Shown here one piece after another: positions 23,304 to 33,605 of a stretch of DNA of 64,000 nucleotides. The DNA is taken from the NCBI GenBank assembly GCA_963711205.1, contig CAVQDE010000002.1, positions 349,287 to 413,286 of the forward strand. Reading direction: 5' to 3'. The translations under genes were made by a program, and so were the position numbers. Under the pieces are notes generated by a model. That model was not told the origin of the DNA. It worked only from the letters and a program-made list of their open reading frames with translations, and did not search any database. Source of the stretch: an uncultured Gammaproteobacteria bacterium (GTDB lineage Bacteria > Pseudomonadota > Gammaproteobacteria > DSM-16500). How positions within the stretch are numbered: the stretch's first letter is position 1; each line of letters begins with the position of its first letter.

Positions 23304-24416
23304 ATGGATATGACTTTATTTAGATTAATCAGGATAGGCACCGCCATGGGTTTATTGTTGCAAATGACAATGACGATAGCTGATGAATCGCAATCACAAA
23401 TAAAACCGACGAATAAAAAACAAAAACACTGTTGTCTAAATATTCCACCGCGATTTGGTACAGTCAGTGCGGATAAAACTAAACATCAAGGCATGGTTCA
23501 AATTCCAGCGGGTTCTTTTATGATGGGCGGTGATAATAATCAAGCAAGACCTGATGAGTTGCCTAAACATCCCGTGACCCTACAATCATTTTGGATGGAT
23601 GCGACGCAAGTCACCAATGATCAATTTCAGAATTTTGTTAACGCAACTAGCTATGTGACAACCGCAGAAAAAAAACCGGATTGGGAAGAATTAAAGAAAC
23701 AATTACCGCCTGATACACCAAAGCCGGATGCCAGCAAATTGGTAGCGGCATCACTAGTTTTTACACCACCCGATCATCCTGTCGCTTTAGATGATTATAG
23801 TCAGTGGTGGTCATGGATGCCCGGTGCTAATTGGCGTCATCCACGCGGTCCCAAGAGTGATATTAAACAATTAAATAATCATCCTGTCGTTCATGTGTCT
23901 TGGCTAGATGCTAACGCTTATTGCAAATGGGCTGGAAAACGCTTACCCACTGAAGCGCAATGGGAGCGGGCTGCACGCGGGGGATTAACCAATAAAATTT
24001 ATCCCTGGGGTAATGAACCCATTGATACGAGCATGGTCAAAGCGAATACATGGCAAGGCGAATTTCCGAATAAAAATACTTTACGTGATAAATATTACTA
24101 TACATCGCCAGTGAAATCGTTCCCACCCAATGGCTATGGTTTGTATGATATGGCGGGGAATGTGTGGGAGTGGGCGGCTGATTGGTATCGCTCGGATTAT
24201 TATCAATCACTAGGTAATCAAATGATTCATAATCCCAAAGGCCCTACAACGAGTAATGATCCGGATGAACCTTACGCACAAAAAAGAGTGTTACGCGGGG
24301 GATCTTTCTTGTGCAATGAATCTTATTGCTCTGGTTATCGCGTCGCTGCGCGTATGAAATCAACGCCTGATACTAGCATGGAGCATATGGGATTTCGTTG
24401 TGCGAGTAGTGCGTGA
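23304..24416 (+). CDS. Formylglycine-generating enzyme (SUMF1/FGE), sulfatase activator
   Basis: F.MG, HPVVHVSW.DA.AYC.WAGKRLPTEA.WE, GLYDMAGNVWEW, RGGSFLCNESYC (both catalytic Cys) and GFRC. Confidence 0.93.
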   Translation: MDMTLFRLIRIGTAMGLLLQMTMTIADESQSQIKPTNKKQKHCCLNIPPRFGTVSADKTKHQGMVQIPAGSFMMGGDNNQARPDELPKHPVTLQSFWMDATQVTNDQFQNFVNATSYVTTAEKKPDWEELKKQLPPDTPKPDASKLVAASLVFTPPDHPVALDDYSQWWSWMPGANWRHPRGPKSDIKQLNNHPVVHVSWLDANAYCKWAGKRLPTEAQWERAARGGLTNKIYPWGNEPIDTSMVKANTWQGEFPNKNTLRDKYYYTSPVKSFPPNGYGLYDMAGNVWEWAADWYRSDYYQSLGNQMIHNPKGPTTSNDPDEPYAQKRVLRGGSFLCNESYCSGYRVAARMKSTPDTSMEHMGFRCASSA

Positions 24417-24436
24417 GAAGAACGAGCTCTTCTTGA

Positions 24437-24464
24437 ATCACGTCATTCCGCGGAACGACGTGAT
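24437..24464. repeat. Collapsed CGTC-type palindrome between convergent genes
   Basis: ATCACGTCATTCCG/CGGAACGACGTGAT. Confidence 0.7.
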
Positions 24465-24484
24465 GCAGATCTGCGTACCTTTTC

Positions 24485-26173
24485 CTAGGTTCCGCCGCCA
24501 CCATTATTCCGTATGGCTTTCAATACTTGCTCTTTTACATTTTCCATATTAAAGCTAGCGCCTTTTTGCATAGGCGGGTAGTCAATAAATGTTTGAGCAT
24601 ATTTAGCAATAATATCTTGTACAAACACGAATCGCCAAAATTCATGTACATAGAAATTATAGTAATTAAGAGAACCATTGGTCTTGTTAGGTAATCCGGC
24701 GCGCTCGAAGGGATCTAAGCGTAAATTGACAATGATTGGCCAATCCAAATTTACGGTACCACCTAACCATCCATCGGGTTGATCAATAAAGCGGTACTTG
24801 TAATCGTCAATACGCACGGCCCCTAGCGTTTTTTCGGCAAAATATAATATCTCATGGCGAGTTGATGGTCCGGTTCCAGTTAACATTTTTGTTTGATCAT
24901 AACCATCCAAATGAACTTTAAAATTCTGATCGCCTAATTGCTTACCTTTTTTCAGCTCATCAACGATGTTGGGATCACCTGCCGCGGCGACCAAGGTCGG
25001 GAACCAGTCAAGCCCCGACATAATGCCATTTTCCACTTTGCCAGCAGGTATTTTGCCTGGCCAACGTACAATCATAGGAACACGCATTCCGCCTTCTAAT
25101 ATCATGCCTTTTTCACCAGCAAAAGGTGTCATACCACCATCAGGCCATGACATCACTTCCGCACCATTATCAGTCGTGAACACTAAAATGGTGTTATTTT
25201 CTATTCCCATTTTTTGTATTTTATCCATTACAGAACCAACCATATCATCTAGCTGAGCCATGCCAGCTTCTTCTTCGTACCAGCCATTCTCAGGCGTCAT
25301 TTCTTTTGCATATTTGTCAGAAAGATGCGTAATCACATGCATGCGTGAGGGATTGAGCCAAATAAAAAATGGCTTACCATCGGCTTTAGCTTTATCCATG
25401 AAAGCAAATGTCTTATTGAGAATTTCATCATCGACTGTTTTCATGCGCTCTGGTGGTAAGGGACCCGCATCTTCCAGTTTTTGTTTACCTATCTCTCCCC
25501 AACGTGGCTGCACGGTAGTGTCAACTGTATTGGTAGCCCAGCAATGGATCATATTGCGTGGACCGAATTTATCTTTAAGCGCAGGCGGGTAGGAATGCCA
25601 GAACGGATCTTCCATGGCATCCAGGTGATACAGATAACCAAAAAATTCATTAAAACCATGCACACAAGGTAAGAATTTATTGAGATCGCCTAAGTGATTC
25701 TTACCAAATTGCCCTGTTTCATATCCCATGGTTTGAAGAGCAGTTGCAATAGTCGGGGCTGCATCTGGCATACCAATATCGGCTCCCGCCTGCCCCACAG
25801 TGGTTAAACCGGTTCGAATGGGTAGTTGGCCCGTAATAAAATTGGCGCGGCCAGCGGTGCAGCTTGGTTCAGCGTAATAATCTGTCATGCGCATACCCTG
25901 CGATGCCAGCTTATCTAAATTAGGGGTTCTAACAGCCATGATGCCTTGGTTATAAACACCGATATTAAACCAACCCACATCATCACTCATAATAACGATG
26001 ACGTTTGGTTTAGTGGAGGAAGTATTGCTTGTGCTCGCTGTTGAGTTAGTCGAATTCGGGGTATTTTGTTGTCCAACCGAGGGTGTGATAGCGACTATCA
26101 CAGCAGCACTTACGATGATGGCAGCAACAAATATATAAAGGGGTTTAATAGCGAAACGGGATGGAATTTTCAT
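24485..26173 (-). CDS. Arylsulfatase (Cys-type)
   Basis: KPNVIVIMSDD, SCTAGRANFITG, GKNHLG and TDNG motifs; N-terminal signal/anchor. Confidence 0.92.
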   Translation of the reverse strand: MKIPSRFAIKPLYIFVAAIIVSAAVIVAITPSVGQQNTPNSTNSTASTSNTSSTKPNVIVIMSDDVGWFNIGVYNQGIMAVRTPNLDKLASQGMRMTDYYAEPSCTAGRANFITGQLPIRTGLTTVGQAGADIGMPDAAPTIATALQTMGYETGQFGKNHLGDLNKFLPCVHGFNEFFGYLYHLDAMEDPFWHSYPPALKDKFGPRNMIHCWATNTVDTTVQPRWGEIGKQKLEDAGPLPPERMKTVDDEILNKTFAFMDKAKADGKPFFIWLNPSRMHVITHLSDKYAKEMTPENGWYEEEAGMAQLDDMVGSVMDKIQKMGIENNTILVFTTDNGAEVMSWPDGGMTPFAGEKGMILEGGMRVPMIVRWPGKIPAGKVENGIMSGLDWFPTLVAAAGDPNIVDELKKGKQLGDQNFKVHLDGYDQTKMLTGTGPSTRHEILYFAEKTLGAVRIDDYKYRFIDQPDGWLGGTVNLDWPIIVNLRLDPFERAGLPNKTNGSLNYYNFYVHEFWRFVFVQDIIAKYAQTFIDYPPMQKGASFNMENVKEQVLKAIRNNGGGGT

Positions 26174-26346
26174 TGAAGAACTCCTTCCATTGGAATGCTT
26201 GCTTTTTTCATTGGCATCTTTATCAGTCTAGCAAAATTCCCGTGGAGCCACCAGGATGAACTGTCCCGATGTGATAATAATTATTCATTTTTCAATAACT
26301 TATACTTGGGATGTTTGATCTCGAAGCACAGACATGACAGCAAGCT

Positions 26347-27576
26347 TTAGGCTTCCACATTTAAACTGACTTGAATGGTATTGGCATAATTTCTTGAATA
26401 CGAACCCCGCAATACACCATTGGATGAGGTATTGTTTATATTCGCAGGGCCGAAGTTGATATATTCATACGAAGCACCCAGTGTCACTTGTTTGATGATG
26501 TTATACATGATACCAGCACCAATTCTAACTTGTCTGTCCATGGGCAAATCGGGCAAACGGCGCGAACTGGATGTGGGTGAAGAATCATAAGAAGCACCCA
26601 TCTGGAACAGGAAGCATGGATTGAATTTATACTGTCCGGCTAAACCGACACGATACGTGTTATGCCAATCTAAAGGAGTGAAAGAAGAAAAGTTAGCTAC
26701 CGTAAGAATTGAATCTCGCATGGAGGACCACTTAGCCCAGCCTAATTCACCTAATAAGGTCAAATGGTTTGTTACATCTTGCGAAAGACTGAGTATGACA
26801 TTCGGTGGCATCACCATTTTGGTTGATGTGTTGGGATTGGCGTTAATGCGCAGGAAAGTGGTATTTCCATGTAGCTTATGAACGATTTGCGAACGGAAGG
26901 CGATACCGATCTTAGTCGACTCATAGGGTGTAAACATGGCGCCAAGATTGAAACCGGGAGCGAAATTGGCAACGCTAATTTTTGCTTGGCCATCAATGAA
27001 TCTTGTAATCGGAAGAGCGACAGTTTGTTGGAGATTTATATATTCAAGCGTAGCGCCAGCACCAATCGATAAACAGCGATTGATACGATAAGCAATGCTG
27101 GGATTGAGATCGACAGCATAAAATGTGACGTCTTGAACCACGAAACGACCTACCCAACCATCAGTGTAATTCAGTGACCCGCCATAAGGTGCAGCGACGC
27201 TGACACCCAATTTTAATTTTGGCGAATAACTATAGACATAATACAAATCCATTCCAGGAGTAAGTAATCCAGCGTTGCCACCATTGTCGCCACGAATAGT
27301 AGTAGCGGCTTTATCTTGGGAAAAATTTACATAAGGCACTAGCATCTGTCCGCTCAGCATGAATTGACTGGTTTTAAGCAACCCCATACCGGCAGGATTG
27401 AAATAGGCTGTTGAAGCATCTTCTGCGACTGCAGCTTGACCAACGCCTGCCGTACCAATGATAGGCGTTCCTAATTCATATAATTGAAACGCAGCGGCGA
27501 AAGAAGTATGACTAAAAAAAGAAGTAGTACAGATGAGGCCGCATAATAATGAGAGTCGAAACCGTTTCATATTCAT
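26347..27576 (-). CDS. FadL/OmpP1 family outer-membrane transporter
   Basis: Signal peptide then AAFQLYE; AEDASTAYFNPAGM; beta-barrel pattern. Confidence 0.88.
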   Translation of the reverse strand: MNMKRFRLSLLCGLICTTSFFSHTSFAAAFQLYELGTPIIGTAGVGQAAVAEDASTAYFNPAGMGLLKTSQFMLSGQMLVPYVNFSQDKAATTIRGDNGGNAGLLTPGMDLYYVYSYSPKLKLGVSVAAPYGGSLNYTDGWVGRFVVQDVTFYAVDLNPSIAYRINRCLSIGAGATLEYINLQQTVALPITRFIDGQAKISVANFAPGFNLGAMFTPYESTKIGIAFRSQIVHKLHGNTTFLRINANPNTSTKMVMPPNVILSLSQDVTNHLTLLGELGWAKWSSMRDSILTVANFSSFTPLDWHNTYRVGLAGQYKFNPCFLFQMGASYDSSPTSSSRRLPDLPMDRQVRIGAGIMYNIIKQVTLGASYEYINFGPANINNTSSNGVLRGSYSRNYANTIQVSLNVEA

Positions 27577-27687
27577 ATTCCTTTGTGTTCATTCTTTTAT
27601 CCAGGGTCTATTTTTCTCTGAAATTTTCATGAGAAGCAAGTTTTTTATGAGGGCAATGTTCCCGGGATTTTATCGCTATCACGTCAC

Positions 27688-28053
27688 TTATGGAGTTGGA
27701 GTTTTGACAGGATTAGTGATGACAACTGGCTCACCGTAATTATTTGCGCCTGGTGTGCCTTGGATAACGTAAAAGTAAATCAAAATTAAAGGTCCTACTA
27801 ATGGAATTAAATTTAAGAGAACCCACCAACCGGACATGTTTGAATCATGTAATCGACGTACGGCAACACCGATAGAAGGGAGAAGAAGAGCGAGTACAAG
27901 AATATAATAAATTACTTTACTAATGAGTAATGCTATGACAAGAACAATGACAATAAAAAGATAAAACCACCAAAATTCGGACCGGGATGCTCTGCCTTTG
28001 AATTCGAAATATTTTTGCCCTAAGCACGTTTGAATTGATTCGGTAAAGTTCAT
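27688..28053 (-). CDS. DUF805 family membrane protein
   Basis: F.GRASRSEFWWF, VRRLHD..MSGWW and G.N.YG motifs. Confidence 0.9.
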   Translation of the reverse strand: MNFTESIQTCLGQKYFEFKGRASRSEFWWFYLFIVIVLVIALLISKVIYYILVLALLLPSIGVAVRRLHDSNMSGWWVLLNLIPLVGPLILIYFYVIQGTPGANNYGEPVVITNPVKTPTP

Positions 28054-28094
28054 GGTATCTCCTTAGAATGATTAGCAATCATATGCAAACAAGC

Positions 28095-28129
28095 ATGACT
28101 GACTACAAGATTGTATGTAGTCAATCATG
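28095..28129. terminator. Intergenic hairpin
   Basis: CATGACTGACTACA...TGTAGTCAATCATG. Confidence 0.45.
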
Positions 28130-28191
28130 ATTATTCAATGAATTTTCAAACAGTCATAAAAAACATGAAACTAATGAGTGGTTTTTGATGC

Positions 28192-28395
28192 TCACATCGT
28201 GATTTCTTTTTTCATTTTTTCCTTAAAGTACCATCGGAAGGGCCATGTGATGAGATATATAATGAGTGACACACTAAAAAAAATAAATGTATAAAATCTT
28301 AAGTGTAAAATTAACCACATAAATGAAACGATGGTTAATACACCAAATATATTTGATATTGTTTCAAAGAACTTAATCTTGTCTGCAAATGTCAT
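28192..28395 (-). CDS. Small 2-TM hypothetical protein
   Basis: 67-aa ORF with GGAGG upstream and two hydrophobic helices. Confidence 0.55.
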   Translation of the reverse strand: MTFADKIKFFETISNIFGVLTIVSFMWLILHLRFYTFIFFSVSLIIYLITWPFRWYFKEKMKKEITM

Positions 28396-28536
28396 CCTGA
28401 TAGATCCTCCATTAGGTGATCAAACTAGCGCAATGACTTATAGATTATCGGATTGCAATCTTTTAAAAAAGGTTTATATGCATGGCTTATTCATCACTAA
28501 ATCGTATAATAGATGATTATTTTATGGGGGTTCTCT

Positions 28537-29760
28537 ATGACAATTACAACAGGTTTATCCGGTAATGAAATATTTTGCTTAGCACAAAAAGGATATGCGC
28601 CAGGGGATATTGTTGTGGGTAATAGCGTTCACTCGTTGGGATTATTAGGGACCATTGGATCAGGTTTTAAAGCAATGCTTGGGGGTGAATTAGAACAAAT
28701 TACCAAGCTCATTGAAGAAGGAAGAGAAACAGCCTATCAGCGTATGCTGCAAGAAGCGACTTCACATCATGCCGCTGGAATCACTGGCGTCACAAGCCAA
28801 CTCATATTTCATGGAAGTAATGTAGAATTTTTATCTATAGGCTCGACTATCACCACCACGAGCCGAGAAGGTAAAGCTCAATTCTCTACCTCAGCGGATG
28901 GACAAGAATTGTATGCTCAATTAGACGCAGGCTACCGACCTATTTGTTTTGCATTCGGAAATGTGGCGTATTCAATGGGCATTGGCCGAGGGCTTTTAGG
29001 TAATTTAAAAACCTTGGCGCGAGGTGAAATTAAAGAATTTTCAGATATCTTTAATCATACTCGCCATTTGGCGCTTGAGCGTATTATTGCTCATGCAAAG
29101 CAGAATAATGCCAATTCGGTATTGGGTATCCAAACCACCATTTTGCCATTTGGCGGCGTGAATGAAATGCTAATGATAGGAACTGCTTCCCAACATCCTT
29201 CTCTTCCCGCGACAGACAAAATTATCACTAGTGATATGACCAATATTGAAATGTGGAATATGGCCAAAATGGGCTATATGCCTATGCGGCTATTACTGGG
29301 GACATCCGTTTATTCACTAGGATTAGTGCGAGGCATTACCTCTGCGTTAAAATCATTTGTTCGTGGTGAAATTAATGAATTAACCCGCCTCATTTATGAT
29401 GCGCGTGAAAATGCATTAGCCATTATTAATAATGAAGCTAAAGCGATTGGTGCAGATGATGTGATTGGGGTTAAAACTTATGTGTATCAATTGGGAAATG
29501 GATTGATAGAATTTATCGCGATCGGTACGGCAGTAAAAAAACTACCCGATATTATAAAAACAGAATCAGATCAGCTGCCACCGCAGGCTATTGTGGTTGA
29601 TAGAAATACTTTTTACGATTCATCCGATGTAAATAACTTGAATGTGAATATTAATGCGGGTGCTAAACCAGTCAACAAGGGATCTTCTTTTGGAACCATT
29701 ATTTTCGTTATCATCATCATAATCTATGTGTTGATAACTATATTCTTTAAAAATGGTTAG
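28537..29760 (+). CDS. Triple YbjQ/UPF0145 (heavy-metal-binding-like) domain protein with C-terminal TM
   Basis: Three repeats of GY.P...V.G.SV.S.G...GE...T......R..A..R....A....A..V.G; likely start MTITTG. Confidence 0.8.
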   Translation: MTITTGLSGNEIFCLAQKGYAPGDIVVGNSVHSLGLLGTIGSGFKAMLGGELEQITKLIEEGRETAYQRMLQEATSHHAAGITGVTSQLIFHGSNVEFLSIGSTITTTSREGKAQFSTSADGQELYAQLDAGYRPICFAFGNVAYSMGIGRGLLGNLKTLARGEIKEFSDIFNHTRHLALERIIAHAKQNNANSVLGIQTTILPFGGVNEMLMIGTASQHPSLPATDKIITSDMTNIEMWNMAKMGYMPMRLLLGTSVYSLGLVRGITSALKSFVRGEINELTRLIYDARENALAIINNEAKAIGADDVIGVKTYVYQLGNGLIEFIAIGTAVKKLPDIIKTESDQLPPQAIVVDRNTFYDSSDVNNLNVNINAGAKPVNKGSSFGTIIFVIIIIIYVLITIFFKNG

Positions 29761-29872
29761 GTACTTCTGCTATTAGGCGATAGCACGCCGTAATTAATGT
29801 CAGGCTTGTATATTTGTATTATTATAAAAAAATGTTTTTTTATATGAGCTCTATCAGGAGGAATTCAAAAAT

Positions 29873-30775
29873 ATGAAATGGATGCACAGCTTAATTTCAG
29901 TTGTATTTCTTTGTATCGGCATTTGTTCATCGGTTCATGCCCAATTTAAAGCAGAAGTTAAAACAATTAATGTTGGTGACATTAAGATGGCATATTATAT
30001 TCGAGGACAGGGCAAACCTTTAATCATGATCAACGGTTTTATTTCTACCATGAGTCTGTGGGATCCTGCATTATTAGACAAACTTGCAAAACACCATCAA
30101 CTTATTTTGTTTGATAATCGAGGCATTGGATTATCAACGGATACAAAGAAAAACCATACAACCATTCCACAAATGGCTGATGATGTCGCTGGACTCATTA
30201 AAAAGCTACGTTACGAAAAAGTAAATATATTAGCGTGGTCAATGGGTGCACGTATCGGGCAGCAATTACTGATTAGACATCCTAATTTGGTGGAAAAAGC
30301 GGTACTTTGTAGTGCGAGCCCAGGTGGTAAGTATGAAGATAAAACAGCTGAAAGTGTTGAAAACAAATTAAATAACCCAAATATTCCTGATATGGAAAAG
30401 ATTGGTTTAGTTTTTACAAATAATGAGAAAGGAAAACTAGCAGCCAAGAATTGTCTAGCTAGATTAAAAGCAGCTGTTGCTGCAGGAACTATCCCCAATG
30501 ATTTCACTGTAAGTAAAGAAACATTAATGCGCCAAAATCGTGCGCGCACGATTCTTTGGAGTAATGATAATGAAAATTTTAATGCTCTTAAAGATATTAA
30601 GAATTCTGTTTTGTTAGCAGATGGTCGGTACGACATAATTGATTTACCTAAAAATTCAGCAATTATCGCAAATCAAATTCCATATGCCTGGTTAGCTTTC
30701 TTTCCTGGAGGGCATGCTTTTTTGTTTCAAGAATATAAGCAATTTGCAGATTTAGTAGATGTATTCCTGCAGTAG
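29873..30775 (+). CDS. Secreted alpha/beta hydrolase
   Basis: FDNRGIG.S, nucleophile AWSMG and GGHAF motifs. Confidence 0.88.
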   Translation: MKWMHSLISVVFLCIGICSSVHAQFKAEVKTINVGDIKMAYYIRGQGKPLIMINGFISTMSLWDPALLDKLAKHHQLILFDNRGIGLSTDTKKNHTTIPQMADDVAGLIKKLRYEKVNILAWSMGARIGQQLLIRHPNLVEKAVLCSASPGGKYEDKTAESVENKLNNPNIPDMEKIGLVFTNNEKGKLAAKNCLARLKAAVAAGTIPNDFTVSKETLMRQNRARTILWSNDNENFNALKDIKNSVLLADGRYDIIDLPKNSAIIANQIPYAWLAFFPGGHAFLFQEYKQFADLVDVFLQ

Positions 30776-30821
30776 TGGGTACACTTAGAAAAGGTAATCA
30801 GTTAATGCGGACAGCAAAGAT

Positions 30822-31487
30822 ATGACTCTAAAAACCATTCTTTGTTATGGGGATTCCAATACGTGGGGATATGTCCCAAACGCTAATCACGCACAGCTAA
30901 AATCAAGATATTTACGCAGCGAACGCTGGACAGGGTTGTTGCAAACGTTATTGGGTGACGGTTTTTATGTCATTGAAGAAGGCTTGAATAGCAGAACGAC
31001 TAATCTTGATTATGCAGTGCCACCCGATAGAAATGGAAAAACTTATCTTGCGCCTTGTCTTTATTCACATGCACCCATTGATTTGGTGATCTTAGGGTTG
31101 GGCGGGAACGATATGAAAACCTATTTCAATCGTTCGGCTGAACAGATTAAACAAGGATTAGCTGAACTTGTCGATATGATTCAGGCATCAGAATACGGTC
31201 CTGAAATGCGCACAGCGCCGCAAGTGTTAATTACTACCTCTGCGATTCCCTATCCGTTTGTTGAAAACGTCAGAGATGAAAATGGTGTTTTATTTTTGCA
31301 GGGAATAGCGGAAAAGGCAAAGACACTTGTACCTCTTTATGCACAATTAGCAGACGAAAAGCATTGTCACTTTCTTGATTTCTCGGAGGAGATATTTCCT
31401 TCTGATGTAGATGGTGTGCATTTTGATTTAGCTGCACATCGAAAAGTAGCGGATAAATTGTATGCAAAAATTAAAACTATTTTTTAA
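30822..31487 (+). CDS. SGNH/GDSL hydrolase (arylesterase-like)
   Basis: CYGDSNTWG, EEGLNSRTT, LG.ND and DGVH motifs. Confidence 0.9.
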   Translation: MTLKTILCYGDSNTWGYVPNANHAQLKSRYLRSERWTGLLQTLLGDGFYVIEEGLNSRTTNLDYAVPPDRNGKTYLAPCLYSHAPIDLVILGLGGNDMKTYFNRSAEQIKQGLAELVDMIQASEYGPEMRTAPQVLITTSAIPYPFVENVRDENGVLFLQGIAEKAKTLVPLYAQLADEKHCHFLDFSEEIFPSDVDGVHFDLAAHRKVADKLYAKIKTIF

Positions 31488-31585
31488 AGCATATTAAAGA
31501 CACCCTGATCATGAAATTAAAAATGAAGAGTAGATAAGTAGTAAAAAGCTGAGCCCGCTCTGGATGTCAGTTAAAAGCAGCGTAC

Positions 31586-31616
31586 TTGACCTGACTACAG
31601 GTTTATACTTTATGCT
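31586..31616 (+). promoter_or_regulatory. MerR-type sigma70 promoter with 19-bp spacer and dyad operator
   Basis: TTGACC (31586-91), 19 bp, TATGCT (31611-16); inverted repeat ACCTG-ACTA-CAGGT at 31589-31602. Confidence 0.8.
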
Positions 31617-31642
31617 GCTTTTTTCGTCATGAGGAGAATCTT

Positions 31643-31828
31643 ATGAAAAATTTTAGCGTAAGTGAATGGGTTCAACTATTTACACAAATTGGTTTAACAG
31701 AAAAACAAATGAGTGACTGGCATCGATTATTTGAGCAACAGTTTCCAGAGGCTCACCAATCGTTTTTAGAATGGTTGCAGCTAGATAGTGCTAAAATAAA
31801 TGCGATGAGAAAAAAATATCAGAGGTAA
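31643..31828 (+). CDS. Stand-alone homologue of the C-terminal domain of the downstream MerR regulator
   Basis: GAGGAG RBS; WV.L...GL....M..WH..FE...P.AHQ.FLE.L shared with the C-terminus of 31837..32349. Confidence 0.8.
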   Translation: MKNFSVSEWVQLFTQIGLTEKQMSDWHRLFEQQFPEAHQSFLEWLQLDSAKINAMRKKYQR

Positions 31829-31836
31829 GGTTTTTT

Positions 31837-32349
31837 ATGTATACCATTTCACAAGTTGCCAAACGATCTCACTTATCACGCAGCACATTAATTTATTACG
31901 ATAAAATTAAATTATTACAACCATCAGTGCGTGGAGATAATCATTATCGACTTTATCATGATCAAGATATCAAAAAACTAGAGCGTATTTGTTGCTTGCG
32001 AGAAGTGGGAATTTCGTTAAAACAAATCCAGGTGATTTTGCATACGGAAGAGACAACACTCATTCAGATATTGAATCAACGATTAATGGATTTGAATCAA
32101 GAAATTCAAACGCTGCGAAATCACCAACGATTAATTGTCAAACTGTTAGGAAGCAAAAATCTTCTCAAATGCACGCGCAGCATGAATAAAGAAACATGGG
32201 TTAAACTATTGCGATCAGCCGGGTTAGATGATGAAGGCATGAAAAAATGGCATCAAGAATTTGAAAAAAATGCTCCTGATGCGCATCAGGATTTTCTTGA
32301 ATCATTAGGAATAGAACCCAGCGAGATAAAGAAAATAAGAGGTTATTAG
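31837..32349 (+). CDS. MerR-family transcriptional regulator
   Basis: MYTISQVAK...SRSTLIYYDKI.LL.P......YRLY HTH followed by a coiled coil. Confidence 0.92.
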   Translation: MYTISQVAKRSHLSRSTLIYYDKIKLLQPSVRGDNHYRLYHDQDIKKLERICCLREVGISLKQIQVILHTEETTLIQILNQRLMDLNQEIQTLRNHQRLIVKLLGSKNLLKCTRSMNKETWVKLLRSAGLDDEGMKKWHQEFEKNAPDAHQDFLESLGIEPSEIKKIRGY

Positions 32350-32351
32350 AT

Positions 32352-33578
32352 TCAGCGCTGATCGTGAATAGCAACGCGGACAATCTGTTCTCTAAACTCG
32401 TTGAGATTATTATAACGCCCATCCTCATTCACACCTAAATTTTGCACGTTGGTTAAAAGAATCAGGCTAAATTTCTTAGCCGGAATAGCAAAAATAAATG
32501 TCCCGGTAAAACCAGTATGACCAATTGCATCGTGAACGAAAGGATGGGCGCCTAATGTGCCTATCGGTAAATGTCCAATGGCATTGTCGGAAGACATGGC
32601 CCAACCTAGGCCATGTTGATAATTATTTTTAACAATGAAGGATTGAATCGTATCCGGTTGAATTATGACTTCTTGATGATAACGTCCTTGATTGAGTATT
32701 AATTGGATAATCACGTTGATATCAGCAGCCGTTGAAAACAGTCCTGCATGACCACTAATGCCGGAAAAAACATGGTAAGCATTTCCGTCATTGACTTCAC
32801 CAGTTAATGTGTAATGCCGCCATTGATTAAAGTCCTCAATTTTTTCTTCACAAGGATATCCAAAATGAGGATCGGCAATCATTTTATATTCAAATGGATT
32901 ACCATGTGAGGTAGATACGATTTGATACTTTTTACCTAAGGGATTAAATAAAGTATCGGGTAAATTGAGTTTTTGATATAAATGGTCGTGCAAGAATTCG
33001 TCTAAACGCTGATTAGCCACCTGCTCAATCAACTGTCCTAAGATCATAAAGTCAAGGTCACTGTATTTGCGTTGGCTGCCTACCGGATAAGCGAGGGGTA
33101 AATCACCGATAAATTTAATCGCATCTTGGTTATTACTGACGTGATAATAAAAAGGTTTCCAAGGCAAAAAACCGGCTGTATGAGATAATAAATGACGGAT
33201 AGAGATCGTTGATTTCTCTCGTGTATTAAATTCTGGAAAATAATCTTTAACCAAACTATCGAGTTGTAATTTTTGTTTATCAAGCAGAAGCATGATGGCA
33301 AAATTCGTTGCTAACACTTTTGTTAACGATGCCAGATCAAAAAGATGCTTTGTTGTGAGAGGTATGGGAATGGCTAGCTGGCGCTTGCCATTCTGCATGA
33401 CTTTTAAATAATTATTTTCAGTGTGGTCATCGAGTTCGAATTGAAATTGTTGCGCATCTCCATAGGCTTTTTCAAATAGAATGTGATTCTCTTTTGAAAT
33501 AACTAAAACCACGCCGGGAATAAAATTTTCTTTAATTTTATTGGAAATATAGGCATCAATTTTTTCGAATGAATACAT
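32352..33578 (-). CDS. Serine hydrolase, beta-lactamase class C/AmpC-like family
   Basis: FDLASLTK (SxxK), LLSHTAG, YSD, GHAGLFST and GHTGFTG motifs. Confidence 0.9.
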   Translation of the reverse strand: MYSFEKIDAYISNKIKENFIPGVVLVISKENHILFEKAYGDAQQFQFELDDHTENNYLKVMQNGKRQLAIPIPLTTKHLFDLASLTKVLATNFAIMLLLDKQKLQLDSLVKDYFPEFNTREKSTISIRHLLSHTAGFLPWKPFYYHVSNNQDAIKFIGDLPLAYPVGSQRKYSDLDFMILGQLIEQVANQRLDEFLHDHLYQKLNLPDTLFNPLGKKYQIVSTSHGNPFEYKMIADPHFGYPCEEKIEDFNQWRHYTLTGEVNDGNAYHVFSGISGHAGLFSTAADINVIIQLILNQGRYHQEVIIQPDTIQSFIVKNNYQHGLGWAMSSDNAIGHLPIGTLGAHPFVHDAIGHTGFTGTFIFAIPAKKFSLILLTNVQNLGVNEDGRYNNLNEFREQIVRVAIHDQR

Positions 33579-33605
33579 AAAGAAAAAGTTTTTTATTTTA
33601 CGTTG

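Noticed and set aside
23093-23323. 76-aa ORF upstream of FGE
   Set aside because: Largely a translation of the 23204-23271 palindrome; no supporting features.
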